A stretch of 64,000 bases of DNA from an uncultured Candidatus Binatia bacterium (GCA_964291295.2 OZ219754.1:992001-1056000); one strand, 5' to 3'. Positions 26,715 to 36,286 are shown, counted from the stretch's first letter. The notes: generated from the sequence alone by a model not told the origin. Numbers and translations: made by a program.

Positions 26715-27719
26715 TCAATGGCCATGGAACGGCTTCATGACCTCCTCGGCCAGCCATTGGATCTGTTCCATCATCTCCGCCCCGGTATCCGAGGGAAACT
26801 GCAAGGCGCAGACATGATCGACGCCGGCCCTGTCCAGGAAGGCCACCTGCTCCAGGATGCTGGCCGGGCTGCCGATGAGGTTGTGGGTCTCGGCCAAGGC
26901 CGGGTCCCGGCCGGTGTGCGCCAGCGACACGCGATGCCGGACCATGCCGGTCTTGCGATAGCGCGCCCGCGCCGCTTCCACGGTCTTGCCGATGCACAGG
27001 GTGAATTGCGAGCACGCTTCCACGGCGCCGGTATCCCGGCCCGTCTCCCCGGTGAGGCGGCGCAACAGCGCCACCCGCTCCACGATCTGCTCGAACGGCC
27101 GCCAGCCCGGCAGCCAGCCCTGGCCGAGCCGGGCCGCACGGTGGATCATGGCCTCGTTGTGCCCGCCCACGAAGATGGGAAGCGGGTCCTGCAACGGCTT
27201 GGGACGCATGGCGATGTCCTTGAAGGCGAAGTGCCGGCCCTCGTGAGTGGCGCGGGTGTCCCGGAACAGGCATTGGAGCGCCGCCAGGCTCTCGTCCAGC
27301 AGGTCGCCCCGCCGTTCCGCTTGCCGCCGGGGCCACTGGGCGTCGAACTCCTCCCGATAAGCCCCGATGCCGGTGCCGAGGATCACCCGCCCGTTCGTGA
27401 ACCGGTCCAGGGTGCTCACCTGCTTGGCCAGCAGCACCGGGTCCCGCAGCGGCAGCACCAGCACGGCCGTACCCAGCCGAATGCGCGAAGTGTGGGCGCC
27501 CACCACGGCCAGGGTCATCAGCACCTCGTAGAAGTTTGGCGGCTCCGGCCACTGCCGACTCGCGTAGGCTGCCGGGGTGATGTGGTCATTGCCCCACACC
27601 GCATCGTACCCCAGCCGTTCGGCCTCCTGCGCCATGCGCACGAACTCCTGTGGTTCCAGGAACGGCACCGGGTTCACCAAGCCCTCGGTGCAGGTGGGGA
27701 GCTGGATGCTGAATTTCAT
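26715..27719 (-). CDS. LLM-class (probable F420-dependent) oxidoreductase
   Basis: AERLGYDAVWGNDH, IRLGTAVLVLPLRDPVLLAKQVSTLD, GRVILGTGIG, PKPLQDPLPIFVGG. Confidence 0.9.
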   Translation of the reverse strand: MKFSIQLPTCTEGLVNPVPFLEPQEFVRMAQEAERLGYDAVWGNDHITPAAYASRQWPEPPNFYEVLMTLAVVGAHTSRIRLGTAVLVLPLRDPVLLAKQVSTLDRFTNGRVILGTGIGAYREEFDAQWPRRQAERRGDLLDESLAALQCLFRDTRATHEGRHFAFKDIAMRPKPLQDPLPIFVGGHNEAMIHRAARLGQGWLPGWRPFEQIVERVALLRRLTGETGRDTGAVEACSQFTLCIGKTVEAARARYRKTGMVRHRVSLAHTGRDPALAETHNLIGSPASILEQVAFLDRAGVDHVCALQFPSDTGAEMMEQIQWLAEEVMKPFHGH

Positions 27720-27910
27720 GGGTCCGGTTCAGCCGGTTTTCGCCTTGTTCCGCCCTCTTGTTCCCGCCCGCGGTCCCCCGCTTTCGCGGGGCGGACGCTC
27801 TCGGGAAGGTCTGAGCAACTCCCCGGTTCGATGGGGCTGAATCATTAATCAATGGGCTGCGAACAGTTCACGGTCGTGTCATCGCCTTGTTAGGATCTTC
27901 CCTCGGGGTC

Positions 27911-29179
27911 TCACGCCTCCGCCCGATAGCCGTAGGCGTTTTTCAGGGTTGCCAGGAACCGCGCGATGTCGCTGTCCACGGTGGGGATGGCGGCCGCCGC
28001 CGCGGCGGTGGCGGCGGTGTCCTTGAGGCCGCTGGCGGTGTTGACCACCACCACCGTGTCGCTACTGCGAATGTGCCCTTCTTTGCACAGGCGGTCCACC
28101 GCGGCAAGGGCGGCCAAGGAGGACGGCTCGGCGTAGATGCCCTCGTCCGCGGCCAGCTGGCGTTGCCGCGGCAGCAGTTCGTCGTTCCGTACCTGCGCCG
28201 CGGCGCCGCCCGAAGCCCGCAGCGCGTGCAGCGCCTGGTAGGTGCTCTGGTTCACGCTGATGGAGCCGGCCACATGGGGGGTGGGTGCCGGGATTTCCGG
28301 TATGGCGTCGGCGCCGGACGCCAGCGCGGCAGCCAGACAGCCGGCCATCTCCGCCGCCGCCATGCGTGGCTGTCCGGAGACAAGGCCCAGTTTCGCCAGT
28401 TCGTCGAAGCCCTTCCACATGCCGAACAGGGCGTCGCCGTAGGCCACCGGCAGCGCGCACCAGTCGGGCGCCTCGCCGCCCATCTGCTCGCAGACCTCAT
28501 AGGCGAGGGTCTTGTAGCCGTCCACCCCATAGGGGTTGCTGCCGACGGGCGGACCGAAACAGGGCGAGGTCGGATACCAACCCCACTCGGCGACGCCGGT
28601 CTGCAGGAGCTTCCAGCGGTCGGCCTTGGTACGGGTGGCCACGACCATGGCGCCAAAGGCCTGCATCTGGGTGACGATGGCGGAGGCGGCGCCCTGAACG
28701 GTGAGGACGACGCAGGGAAGGCCGGCGCGAGCGGCGTAGGCCGCGGCCGCGGCGCCGGCGTTGCCGGTGGAACTCACTCCCACCGCCGTGGCACCGAACC
28801 GCTCGGCCATGGCCAGGGCGGTGAAGGCCAGCCGGTCCTTGAAGGAGCCGGACGGGTTCCGTGATTCATCTTTCAGAAACAGCCGTTCGAGCCCGAGCCG
28901 GCGGCCGTACCGCTCGCAGTGGAGCAGCGGCGTCTCCCCTTCGCCCAGGGTGGGGGCGGTCCGGATGTCCGGAGGAAGCAGTTCGCGGTAGCGCGTCATG
29001 CCGGTGGGCCGATCCCGGAGCGCCTCGGCGGACAGTGTTCGGGCGGCGGCGTCCAGGTCGTAGCGCGGCGTGAGGTTGGCGGGAGCCTCCCGTCGGCATT
29101 CCGGGCACCCGTCGAAGCGGGGCTCGATGCCGAACCACGCACCGCATCGGATGCAGGCCAGACCGGCGAGATGGCTCAT
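27911..29179 (-). CDS. Threonine synthase-like PLP-dependent enzyme
   Basis: N-terminal CxxC...CxxC, LGEGETPL, NPSGSFKDR (PLP Lys), SSTGNAG, EGIYAEPSS, NTASGLK. Confidence 0.88.
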   Translation of the reverse strand: MSHLAGLACIRCGAWFGIEPRFDGCPECRREAPANLTPRYDLDAAARTLSAEALRDRPTGMTRYRELLPPDIRTAPTLGEGETPLLHCERYGRRLGLERLFLKDESRNPSGSFKDRLAFTALAMAERFGATAVGVSSTGNAGAAAAAYAARAGLPCVVLTVQGAASAIVTQMQAFGAMVVATRTKADRWKLLQTGVAEWGWYPTSPCFGPPVGSNPYGVDGYKTLAYEVCEQMGGEAPDWCALPVAYGDALFGMWKGFDELAKLGLVSGQPRMAAAEMAGCLAAALASGADAIPEIPAPTPHVAGSISVNQSTYQALHALRASGGAAAQVRNDELLPRQRQLAADEGIYAEPSSLAALAAVDRLCKEGHIRSSDTVVVVNTASGLKDTAATAAAAAAIPTVDSDIARFLATLKNAYGYRAEA

Positions 29180-29218
29180 GTGGCGGGGCGGCTCATGTGG
29201 ACCTGGAGTGCTCGGGGT

Positions 29219-30406
29219 TCAGCCGCGCGGCTCCAGCACCTGGAGGTGACGAGGCAGAGAGGTGAGCCAGCGAAAGCCGTCGTCGGTGACGACGATCATG
29301 TCTTCCACCTGGACGCTTCCCCAGCCCATCTCGTAGTAGGGGGTCTCGACGCACAGCACCATGCCGGCCTCCAGGGGCGTGTGGTCCCCGGGGGACAGGG
29401 TGGGCCGGTCGTAGCCGCCGAGCCCCAGGCCGATGCCGTGACCGACGTGCTGGCGGCCGTAGTGCGGGATGCCGGTTTCGCGGACTTCCGCCACCGTTCG
29501 GTTGAAGATCTCCGAGGCGATGCTGCCTGGCCTGACGAGGCCGAGGGCCAGATCCTGGCCTTTCAGTATGGCGTTGTAATATCGGGTGAGCTTGTCGTCC
29601 GGCGGTCCGAACGAATACGTCCGCGACATGTCGGTGAGGTAGCCCCTGTAGAGGCACCCCACGTCGAAGCGGATCATGTCGCCGGCCCTGAGCCGGTCGC
29701 CGGGGACATTGGTCATGCCCAGGGCGGCGCTCCGACCGAAACCCACATGGTTCATGTTGGGCTCGGCGCCGCGCCGCACCTGCCCGAGGTCGAAAGCGAG
29801 GCACATCTCCGCCTCGGCCATGCCTTCCCGGGCCGAGTGGGCCGCCTCATGGATGGACTGCTCGGTGATGCGCGCCGCCTCGCTCATGCGCTCGATCTCG
29901 GCGGCGCTCTTGACCATGCGGATCTCCCGGAACACGGCCATGGCCGGCACCAGTTCCAGGTGCGGCAGCCGCTCCCTCAACCGCTCCGCCAAGGCCGGGT
30001 CCAGGCCCCGTTCGTCGTAGCCCAGCCGGCTTCGGTGAAGGCCCGCGCTCTCCAGGGTCCGGACGATGCCCTCGAAGAAGTCCTTCACCGGCTCGAGGTC
30101 GATGCCGAGCTCGCGGATGCGCTGCTCGCGGGCGGTGAGCGGCCCGTTGTCTTCCATGACGCGGTGGAAGGTGCCGTAGGTGACCACCCCCGCCGGCGGC
30201 ACCGTGTCCACCATGTAGTCCACCTCGCTCCGGGGAATCACCATCCAGGGCGCGGTCACGGCCTCCCGGGTGACGACGGCCGCGATGTCCTGCCGGCGCC
30301 AGACGCCGCTCAGATAGAAGACATTGGGAACATTGGTGGCGGCGAGCAGGCCGTCCAGGTCCCGCTCGGCCAGCACCCGCCTGGCGCGCGGTTCATTGAT
30401 CCACAT
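29219..30406 (-). CDS. M24 Xaa-Pro peptidase-family protein
   Basis: RMVKSAAEIE, FDVGCLYRGYLTDMSRT, HVGHGIG, VETPYY, QVEDMIVVT. Confidence 0.9.
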   Translation of the reverse strand: MWINEPRARRVLAERDLDGLLAATNVPNVFYLSGVWRRQDIAAVVTREAVTAPWMVIPRSEVDYMVDTVPPAGVVTYGTFHRVMEDNGPLTAREQRIRELGIDLEPVKDFFEGIVRTLESAGLHRSRLGYDERGLDPALAERLRERLPHLELVPAMAVFREIRMVKSAAEIERMSEAARITEQSIHEAAHSAREGMAEAEMCLAFDLGQVRRGAEPNMNHVGFGRSAALGMTNVPGDRLRAGDMIRFDVGCLYRGYLTDMSRTYSFGPPDDKLTRYYNAILKGQDLALGLVRPGSIASEIFNRTVAEVRETGIPHYGRQHVGHGIGLGLGGYDRPTLSPGDHTPLEAGMVLCVETPYYEMGWGSVQVEDMIVVTDDGFRWLTSLPRHLQVLEPRG

Positions 30407-30636
30407 GAGAACGCTCCCGGGAATGAAGAGTCGCGAAGAGTCAAGCCGCGAAGAGTCAAGGTCCGCCAAGGGCCGCGTTGCCGCGAAGGCCCGAAGCCCG
30501 ACTACCGAATATAGGGAAGCCGGTTCGAAGGGTCAAACCGGGCAGCGTCGAAGGGTCGAACCCGAAAGATCAAGCGAAGGGTCAAACCGGGCGGCGCGCC
30601 GCCCCGTTCCTTCCCGGAGCCAGGATACTACCAGTC

Positions 30637-30665
30637 AACTACCAATTGGTTTGTGATTGGTAGTT
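30637..30665. promoter_or_regulatory. Inverted repeat AACTACCAAT-N9-ATTGGTAGTT downstream of fic
   Basis: Perfect 10-bp arms with 9-nt spacer, AT-rich in GC-rich context. Confidence 0.55.
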
Positions 30666-30696
30666 CGTCCCGCCCCGGGGCTTCCGGGCGGCCGGT

Positions 30697-32043
30697 TCAG
30701 GACGAACTCCGAAGTCTGCGCGCCAGGTCGCCGGGGGCCGTGAAGCTGAAGAACCGCCCTGTCTTGGCCTTGTGGAGCAGTGCCCGGGAGGCAAGATCGA
30801 GGAGGTCGGACCTGGCGGTTTCGTATGTGACGCCGTGGGTCTTCCGGTGGCCCGCGATGGTATAACGTACCCCGGGGTGGCGCAGGGCATGCCCGAGGAG
30901 TGCCAGTTGTCGATGGTTGATGGATACGGACGAACGCAGGGCCTGCTCGATGGCGCGGATCTCCAGCGCCTTCTTGTCCAGGTACGCGTACAGGAGGTCG
31001 ATGGCGCGTCGGATGACCTGAAGTTGCGCGAGAATGAAATAGGTCAGGTCATTTTCGTCGGTCTCGGTGTAGAGGAAGGACCGTGCGTACCGGGCGGGGG
31101 CCTTCCGAATAATCCCGGAAATGGACAGAAACTCGAACATCCAGCAATTTTGCGAGAGCGCCGACCAGTAGAACAACGCCCTCGCCGTCCTGCCGTTCCC
31201 GTCAACGAACGGATGGTCATGGGCAAGCCAGAAGTGCAGGATGATGGCCTTGAGTATCGGATGCAGGAAAGCACCGGATTGTGACGAGTTCGCGAAATCG
31301 CACATGGCCGCCATGCGGCGGCGGATCTCCGTCGCGGGCGGCGGCCAATGCAGCAGGGTTCCGTCAGCGTCATGGTACACGGCGATGCCGTCTCCCGGCC
31401 TTCGCAGATAGTTCGGTGCGGATGTGGTGTCCAGCGTGCCTTCGACCAGCGTCCCGTGAATATGGAATATGACGTCCGGGGTCAGGGGTTCGCCCTTGAG
31501 ATCCTTGATGCGCTGGATGGCCTGGTAATTGTTGAGGATCATCCGCTCGCTTCGGTCCACCGGAGTGCGCCCGGAGCGAATCATCCGCTTCGCGGCCTCG
31601 CGCGTCGTGGAGGCCCCTTCAAGTTGGCTCGAAGTGATGGCCTCTTCGATCAGGGAACTCTCGATGTATCGCTCCCTGGTTCCTGGATTGACGATGGGGT
31701 CGCTGGTGGTGATCCTGCCGCTCGCGTCGCGGTCGATCTCGTGGAGGAGTTCCAGCACCGGATCCGCGAGGGTGTAGGCGAACGGCCTTCCGTGTCTGTC
31801 CTGCAGCGGAAGGGTTCGCCGTGTCTGGTGCCGCGCGAATTTGACCGCCGCCCACCATTCCTCGGTGGAGAGTCCTTCGGGAGGCGGGCGGCGACTCAGG
31901 TCCTCCCAGTGCCAATAGCGCCCTCCGGGCGTTGCGCCGATCCTCCCGCTCAAGAGGACCTCGGCCAGCCGCTTCGCCCGGATCGGCTCGTCGAGGTTCG
32001 ACAGAATGTCTGCGCAGGTTGGTGCGGTTGGTGGTATCTTCAT
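30697..32043 (-). CDS. Fic family protein with C-terminal wHTH
   Basis: Fic motif HPFVDGNGRTAR; inhibitory-helix-like SSQLEG; C-terminal TYETARSDLLDL. Confidence 0.93.
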   Translation of the reverse strand: MKIPPTAPTCADILSNLDEPIRAKRLAEVLLSGRIGATPGGRYWHWEDLSRRPPPEGLSTEEWWAAVKFARHQTRRTLPLQDRHGRPFAYTLADPVLELLHEIDRDASGRITTSDPIVNPGTRERYIESSLIEEAITSSQLEGASTTREAAKRMIRSGRTPVDRSERMILNNYQAIQRIKDLKGEPLTPDVIFHIHGTLVEGTLDTTSAPNYLRRPGDGIAVYHDADGTLLHWPPPATEIRRRMAAMCDFANSSQSGAFLHPILKAIILHFWLAHDHPFVDGNGRTARALFYWSALSQNCWMFEFLSISGIIRKAPARYARSFLYTETDENDLTYFILAQLQVIRRAIDLLYAYLDKKALEIRAIEQALRSSVSINHRQLALLGHALRHPGVRYTIAGHRKTHGVTYETARSDLLDLASRALLHKAKTGRFFSFTAPGDLARRLRSSS

Positions 32044-32072
32044 CGCTGGCGGCTACAACATCGCTGGCGGCC

Positions 32073-32103
32073 AAAAAACCAATCGAGTTCAAATTAGTTT
32101 TTT
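32073..32103. promoter_or_regulatory. Inverted repeat AAAAAACCAAT-N9-ATTAGTTTTTT upstream of fic
   Basis: 11-bp arms, one mismatch, 9-nt spacer, about 30 nt before the fic start. Confidence 0.55.
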
Positions 32104-32250
32104 GCCCTTGTCCCTGTCAAGACAGGGTTCCGGGAAGGGGCATGAGGACCCGCGGGCGTCTGGAGGGCCGCCACGGCCATCGGGTGACGGGGTTCCGGGC
32201 GGCAGCCGTTCTTGTATTCCGGGATCGCCTCATGTAAGAGTAGCCCCTTG

Positions 32251-32337
32251 AAATTTCCCTCGTAAATTTCCGTGCAAGTTTCCGTGCAAGTTGCCGTGCA
32301 AATTTCCGTGTAACTTTCCCTCGTAAATTTTCCGTGA
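32251..32337. repeat. Degenerate 12-13 bp tandem repeat (about 7 units, AAATTTCCGTGC-like)
   Basis: aaatttccctcgt/aaatttccgtgc/aagtttccgtgc/aagttgccgtgc/aaatttccgtgt/aactttccctcgt/aaattttccgtga. Confidence 0.85.
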
Positions 32338-32350
32338 TTCGGAGGAGCAT

Positions 32351-33448
32351 ATGGCCAAACCCGCGCAAGAGATCGAGACCACGATGGACAACATCCCCTT
32401 CTATTACAAATGGCAGAAGGGTGAAGGGATTCCTGTCGTCGACACGTTCTTCATCAAGGATCTGAAGGAGGTGCCGCTCAAGTGGTGGGACCGCATGGGC
32501 GGTGACGGCACCCTGTTCAACATGGAGGGAGCGGGCGATGCCACCGGCGCCTATCTCGTCGAGATCGCGCCGGGGAAGAGCCTCAACCCCATGCGCCACA
32601 TTTACGAAGAGTTGATACTGGTGGTGCAGGGCCGCGGCGCCACCACCATCTGGAACGACAAGGGGGCCAAACAGACCTTCGAGTGGCAGGAAGGGAGCCT
32701 CATTTCGGTCCCGTTGAACGTGCATCACCAGCACTTCAACGGTCAGGGCGACAAGCCGGTGCGGCTGTTCTCGGTCAACAACATGCCCATTGTCTTCAGC
32801 CTGTTCCACAACGACGACTTCATCTTCAACACGCCCTACGACTTCCTGGACCGCTTCGACGGGCGGCCGGACTATTTCTCAAGCAAGGGCACGCAGCATC
32901 CCGGCCGCATCTGGGAGACCAACTTCATCGCCGACACGCGCAACTTCAACCTCCAGGAGTGGAAGGAGCGCGGCGCGGGCGGCAAGAACGTTTTCCTGGA
33001 GATGTGCGACGGCGTCATGGCGGCGCACATCTCCGAGTTCCCGGTGGGGACCTACAAGAAGGCCCACCGCCACGGGCCGGGTTTCAACGTGATCATCATC
33101 AAGGGACAGGGTTTCTCGCTGTTCTGGTGGGAAGGCGAAGAGCCCAAGCGCTACGACTGGCAGGATGGCAGCGTGTTCGTGCCGCCGGAGATGATGTTTC
33201 ACCAGCACTTCAACCTCGGCCCCACCGGCGCCCGCTACCTGCCGCTGCGTTTCGGCGGCATCAAGCACAGCATGGGCGAGGGTTACGGAGACATCTCCAA
33301 GGTAGACAAGGACGTCAAGTCCGGCGGCAACCAGATCGAGTACTACGACCAGCCGGCGTACATCCGCGAAATGTTCGAGGCGGACATGGCCAAGGCCGGG
33401 GCCGGGTCGCGGATGGACCCCGGCGTGTACGTGAGGCCCGCGGTATAG
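32351..33448 (+). CDS. Bicupin-domain protein
   Basis: MRHIYEE...HHQHFN and KAHRHGPG...FHQHFN cupin motifs; GGAGG RBS. Confidence 0.88.
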   Translation: MAKPAQEIETTMDNIPFYYKWQKGEGIPVVDTFFIKDLKEVPLKWWDRMGGDGTLFNMEGAGDATGAYLVEIAPGKSLNPMRHIYEELILVVQGRGATTIWNDKGAKQTFEWQEGSLISVPLNVHHQHFNGQGDKPVRLFSVNNMPIVFSLFHNDDFIFNTPYDFLDRFDGRPDYFSSKGTQHPGRIWETNFIADTRNFNLQEWKERGAGGKNVFLEMCDGVMAAHISEFPVGTYKKAHRHGPGFNVIIIKGQGFSLFWWEGEEPKRYDWQDGSVFVPPEMMFHQHFNLGPTGARYLPLRFGGIKHSMGEGYGDISKVDKDVKSGGNQIEYYDQPAYIREMFEADMAKAGAGSRMDPGVYVRPAV

Positions 33449-33652
33449 TGACCCGGGAGAGCCACGGTTTGCACGGAAAACGGCGAGGCATCCGCCAAGC
33501 ACGGAGCGAGGAGCGGTAACGCGGGCCGTGTTCGAATGACGGACAACGCCGTCCGGACAGCAGAGATAGCCGGTTGACCGCAGCGGGGCTCCCGCCCCGG
33601 GCGGCCAGGGGAGCACCGAACACCCCCGAGTTCGCTGGATTTGACTCAGTAA

Positions 33653-33665
33653 AATCAAAAGGTTG
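33653..33665. promoter_or_regulatory. IHF-consensus site next to an imperfect palindrome
   Basis: AATCAAAAGGTTG matches WATCAANNNNTTR; overlaps GATTTGACTCAGTAAAATC palindrome (33638-33656). Confidence 0.4.
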
Positions 33666-33732
33666 CGAGCAGTGCCCTGTCGTGCCGCCGCTTGGTTCAG
33701 GCCTTCCGTGGAGAACGGGCGGGCCGTGCGGC

Positions 33733-33767
33733 AGAGGGAGGAGGCCCCGCGCTTCCTCCCTCTTTTT
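33733..33767 (+). terminator. Intrinsic terminator upstream of plsY
   Basis: AGAGGGAGGAGGC-CCCGC-GCTTCCTCCCTCT followed by TTTT. Confidence 0.7.
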
Positions 33768-33842
33768 GTCCGGGCAAGGGAGGTGTGCCCGACCGGAAGC
33801 CCCCGGCCACAGCCTGCCGGTCCTGTTCAACACCATGACACC

Positions 33843-34448
33843 ATGATGGTTCCAGTCATCCTGACGATACTGTCCTATCTCCTGGGATCGATTCCCGCCG
33901 GCTTCCTGGTGGGGTCGTCCTCGGGCGTGGACGTTCGCAGCGCCGGCAGCGGCAATATCGGCGCCACCAACGTGGCGCGGACGCTGGGCCTGGCGAAGGG
34001 GCTCGTCACGTTGTTCGCCGATGTCGCCAAGGGCTTCCTGCCGGTCCTGGCGGCCCACCTGCTGGACCTCGAGCCGGCCGCGGCCGCGGCGGCCGGTCTG
34101 GCCGCCTTCGCCGGCCATCTCTTCCCCGTGTTCCTGGGATTCAAGGGCGGCAAGGGCGTGGCCACCGCCGCCGGCGTCTATCTCGCCGCCATGCCCCTGG
34201 GCCTGCTGGTCGTGCTGGGTTTTTTCGTCCTGGTGATCCTGGCCAGCCGGCGGGTCTCCGCCGCCTCCATGGCCGCCGGCATCCTCGCCCCCGGGGTGGC
34301 CTGGGCGCTGTCCTATCCCGCGGAAATCGGCTGGATGAGTCTCGCCATCGGGATTCTCGTGGTAATCCGCCACCGAGACAACATTCGCCGGCTGAGGACC
34401 GGGGAGGAGCCCCGATTCGATCTGCGCCGCTCGGGCTCCGGGGAATAG
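33843..34448 (+). CDS. plsY: Glycerol-3-phosphate acyltransferase PlsY
   Basis: YLLGSIP, GSGNIGATNVAR, DVAKG, GHLFPVFLGFKGGKGVAT, RHRDNIRRL. Confidence 0.96.
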   Translation: MMVPVILTILSYLLGSIPAGFLVGSSSGVDVRSAGSGNIGATNVARTLGLAKGLVTLFADVAKGFLPVLAAHLLDLEPAAAAAAGLAAFAGHLFPVFLGFKGGKGVATAAGVYLAAMPLGLLVVLGFFVLVILASRRVSAASMAAGILAPGVAWALSYPAEIGWMSLAIGILVVIRHRDNIRRLRTGEEPRFDLRRSGSGE

Positions 34449-34550
34449 CAGGACCGGCGGTCCGGCGGATCTGCCTGGGTCGCCCTTGCCCCTCGCCGGA
34501 CGCGAGCCTGCCCCCTGCCCCCGTTCCGTGGACAGGTGCACGCTTTCCGC

Positions 34551-35351
34551 TCATCTCCGGGGTTCGACTCCGGCGAAGAAGTGATTCACCGGGCTGTGTC
34601 CCGCTCCGATGGAGCGGGCTTGGCGGATGGCCTGGGTGACGAATTCCTTTGCGTCGGCGACCGCGGCTTCCACAGGCCTGTTCCGGGCGAGGCTGCATGC
34701 CAGGGCGGCGGCGTAGGTGCAGCCGGTGCCGTGGGTGTTCTTCGTCCGTATCCGTGGGGCGGAGTACTCGTGAAAGACGGCGCCGTCGTGGAAGAGATCG
34801 GTGGCGGCTCCTCTTCGATGACCCCCCTTCACCACGACGCTTGCGGCCCCTAGACCCACGATGTGTCGGGCCATCTCCCGGATGGCGCGTGAACCGGTGC
34901 CTTCGATGCCCGTCAGCGCCTGTGCCTCGGGGAGGTTCGGCGTGACTACGGTGGCCAGCGGGAACAGGTGGATCCGAAGCGTTCGGATGGCGTCCGGGTG
35001 CAGCAGCGCGTGGCCTCCCTTGGCCACCATGACCGGGTCGACCACCAGGCGCTGGACGCCGTGCTGCCGGACCCTGTCGGCGACCGTGCGGATGGTGCGG
35101 GCGTTGGCGAGCATGCCGGTCTTGACCGCGTCGGCGCCGATGTCGTCGAGGACGGCATCGATCTGGGCGGCGACGACGGTCGCGGGGGTTTCGAGGACCC
35201 GCGTGACGCCGGTCGTGTTCTGCGCGGTGATGGCCGTGACGGCCGACGTGCCGTAGACTCCCAGCGCCGCAAACGTCTTCAGGTCGGCTTGCAGCCCCGC
35301 GCCGGCGCCCGAATCCGAACCCGCGATGGTGAGTACTCGGTAGATCGTCAC
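34551..35351 (-). CDS. thiD: Hydroxymethylpyrimidine/phosphomethylpyrimidine kinase
   Basis: VLTIAGSDSGAGAGLQADLKTF, TAQNT, VKTGML, DPVMVAKGG, TPNLPEA, HGTGCT. Confidence 0.95.
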   Translation of the reverse strand: MTIYRVLTIAGSDSGAGAGLQADLKTFAALGVYGTSAVTAITAQNTTGVTRVLETPATVVAAQIDAVLDDIGADAVKTGMLANARTIRTVADRVRQHGVQRLVVDPVMVAKGGHALLHPDAIRTLRIHLFPLATVVTPNLPEAQALTGIEGTGSRAIREMARHIVGLGAASVVVKGGHRRGAATDLFHDGAVFHEYSAPRIRTKNTHGTGCTYAAALACSLARNRPVEAAVADAKEFVTQAIRQARSIGAGHSPVNHFFAGVEPRR

Positions 35352-35713
35352 GGCAGTGCCGCCTGGTCCCGCGCGCCTGGCCACGCCCTTGTCCCCTTCA
35401 GTGTCCCCCGTCCTGGTCTTGCACCACGTCGAATGGATGTCGCTCCGCCCCGGCTCCCGGTCACCGTGTCGCCGCGCGGCGCCCGACCGTGACCGCCCGG
35501 CGTCCGGTCGCTTTGCAGCCATCGGCGTCAGCCCCGGTGGGCCGACCGCTACGCTACACCCCAACCATGCGGTGTGCAATGATGATGTCGGACGTGCGTG
35601 CGCCGTTGCGGGACGGGTCGCCGCTGCGGGAGCGTGCGGTCACTGCCCGGTGGCGCGGAATTCTGTTGACATCCCCGCCGTTTCCTGTTGGCATACGATG
35701 CTGCGGTGATGCC

Positions 35714-36286
35714 ATGTCGAAGGTGCTTTCAAGAGATCGACTGCAAGGGTTCTTCCTCGACATGACGCAGCGCTGTTTCGACGAATTGGGGATCCGCGAT
35801 GCCGCGGTGACGGACTATGTGGCGGACGTGCTGGCGGAGTTTGCCCGCAGCGACCGGCTGTATCGCATGCGGTCCCGCAGGAACCAGAGGCTCGACAGCG
35901 TGGTCGAGATGCTGGTGGCGGACGACGCGACGGTTTCGCGTGAGAACCCACTCATGCAGGAACGGCGAATGCGGAAGCATCTCGGAGACTATACCTTGTT
36001 CATGAGCGGAATCTTCCGTTCCTACGTCGAGCGGGGCGGTTTCCTGGACTACTACCTGCGGGAGGGAAGCCGGTCCTACTGGAAGGTTTCCGAAGTGGAC
36101 CTGGCCCTCTACCGGACCGGTTTCCTGCTTTTCCAGGAGCTCTCGGAGAAGTTCGAATACCTGTCCGGCGCCCTCGACTACATGCACAAAGCCTACTTTG
36201 CGGCCTCGCCCAAAAGGGATGATCCATTCTCCGGTTTCCTGAAGCAGATCGAAGGTTGGATGAAGGTGAACGTAACCGACAACTGA
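35714..36286 (+). CDS. Hypothetical protein
   Basis: MSKVLSRDRLQGFF...KHLGDYTLFMSGIF...LFQELSEKF; host-like codon usage. Confidence 0.75.
   Translation: MSKVLSRDRLQGFFLDMTQRCFDELGIRDAAVTDYVADVLAEFARSDRLYRMRSRRNQRLDSVVEMLVADDATVSRENPLMQERRMRKHLGDYTLFMSGIFRSYVERGGFLDYYLREGSRSYWKVSEVDLALYRTGFLLFQELSEKFEYLSGALDYMHKAYFAASPKRDDPFSGFLKQIEGWMKVNVTDN

Noticed and set aside
33583-33750. 6S RNA or SRP RNA
   Set aside because: Ends are partly complementary, but the SRP core motif and a convincing 6S central bubble are not evident; kept only as an unassigned structured-RNA candidate.
34559-34572. tRNA from a GGTTCGACTCC T-arm-like motif (also at about 19862)
   Set aside because: Both lie within protein-coding genes and lack a cloverleaf.
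35352-35713. TPP riboswitch upstream of thiD
   Set aside because: No CTGAGA...ACCTGA core found on the minus strand.
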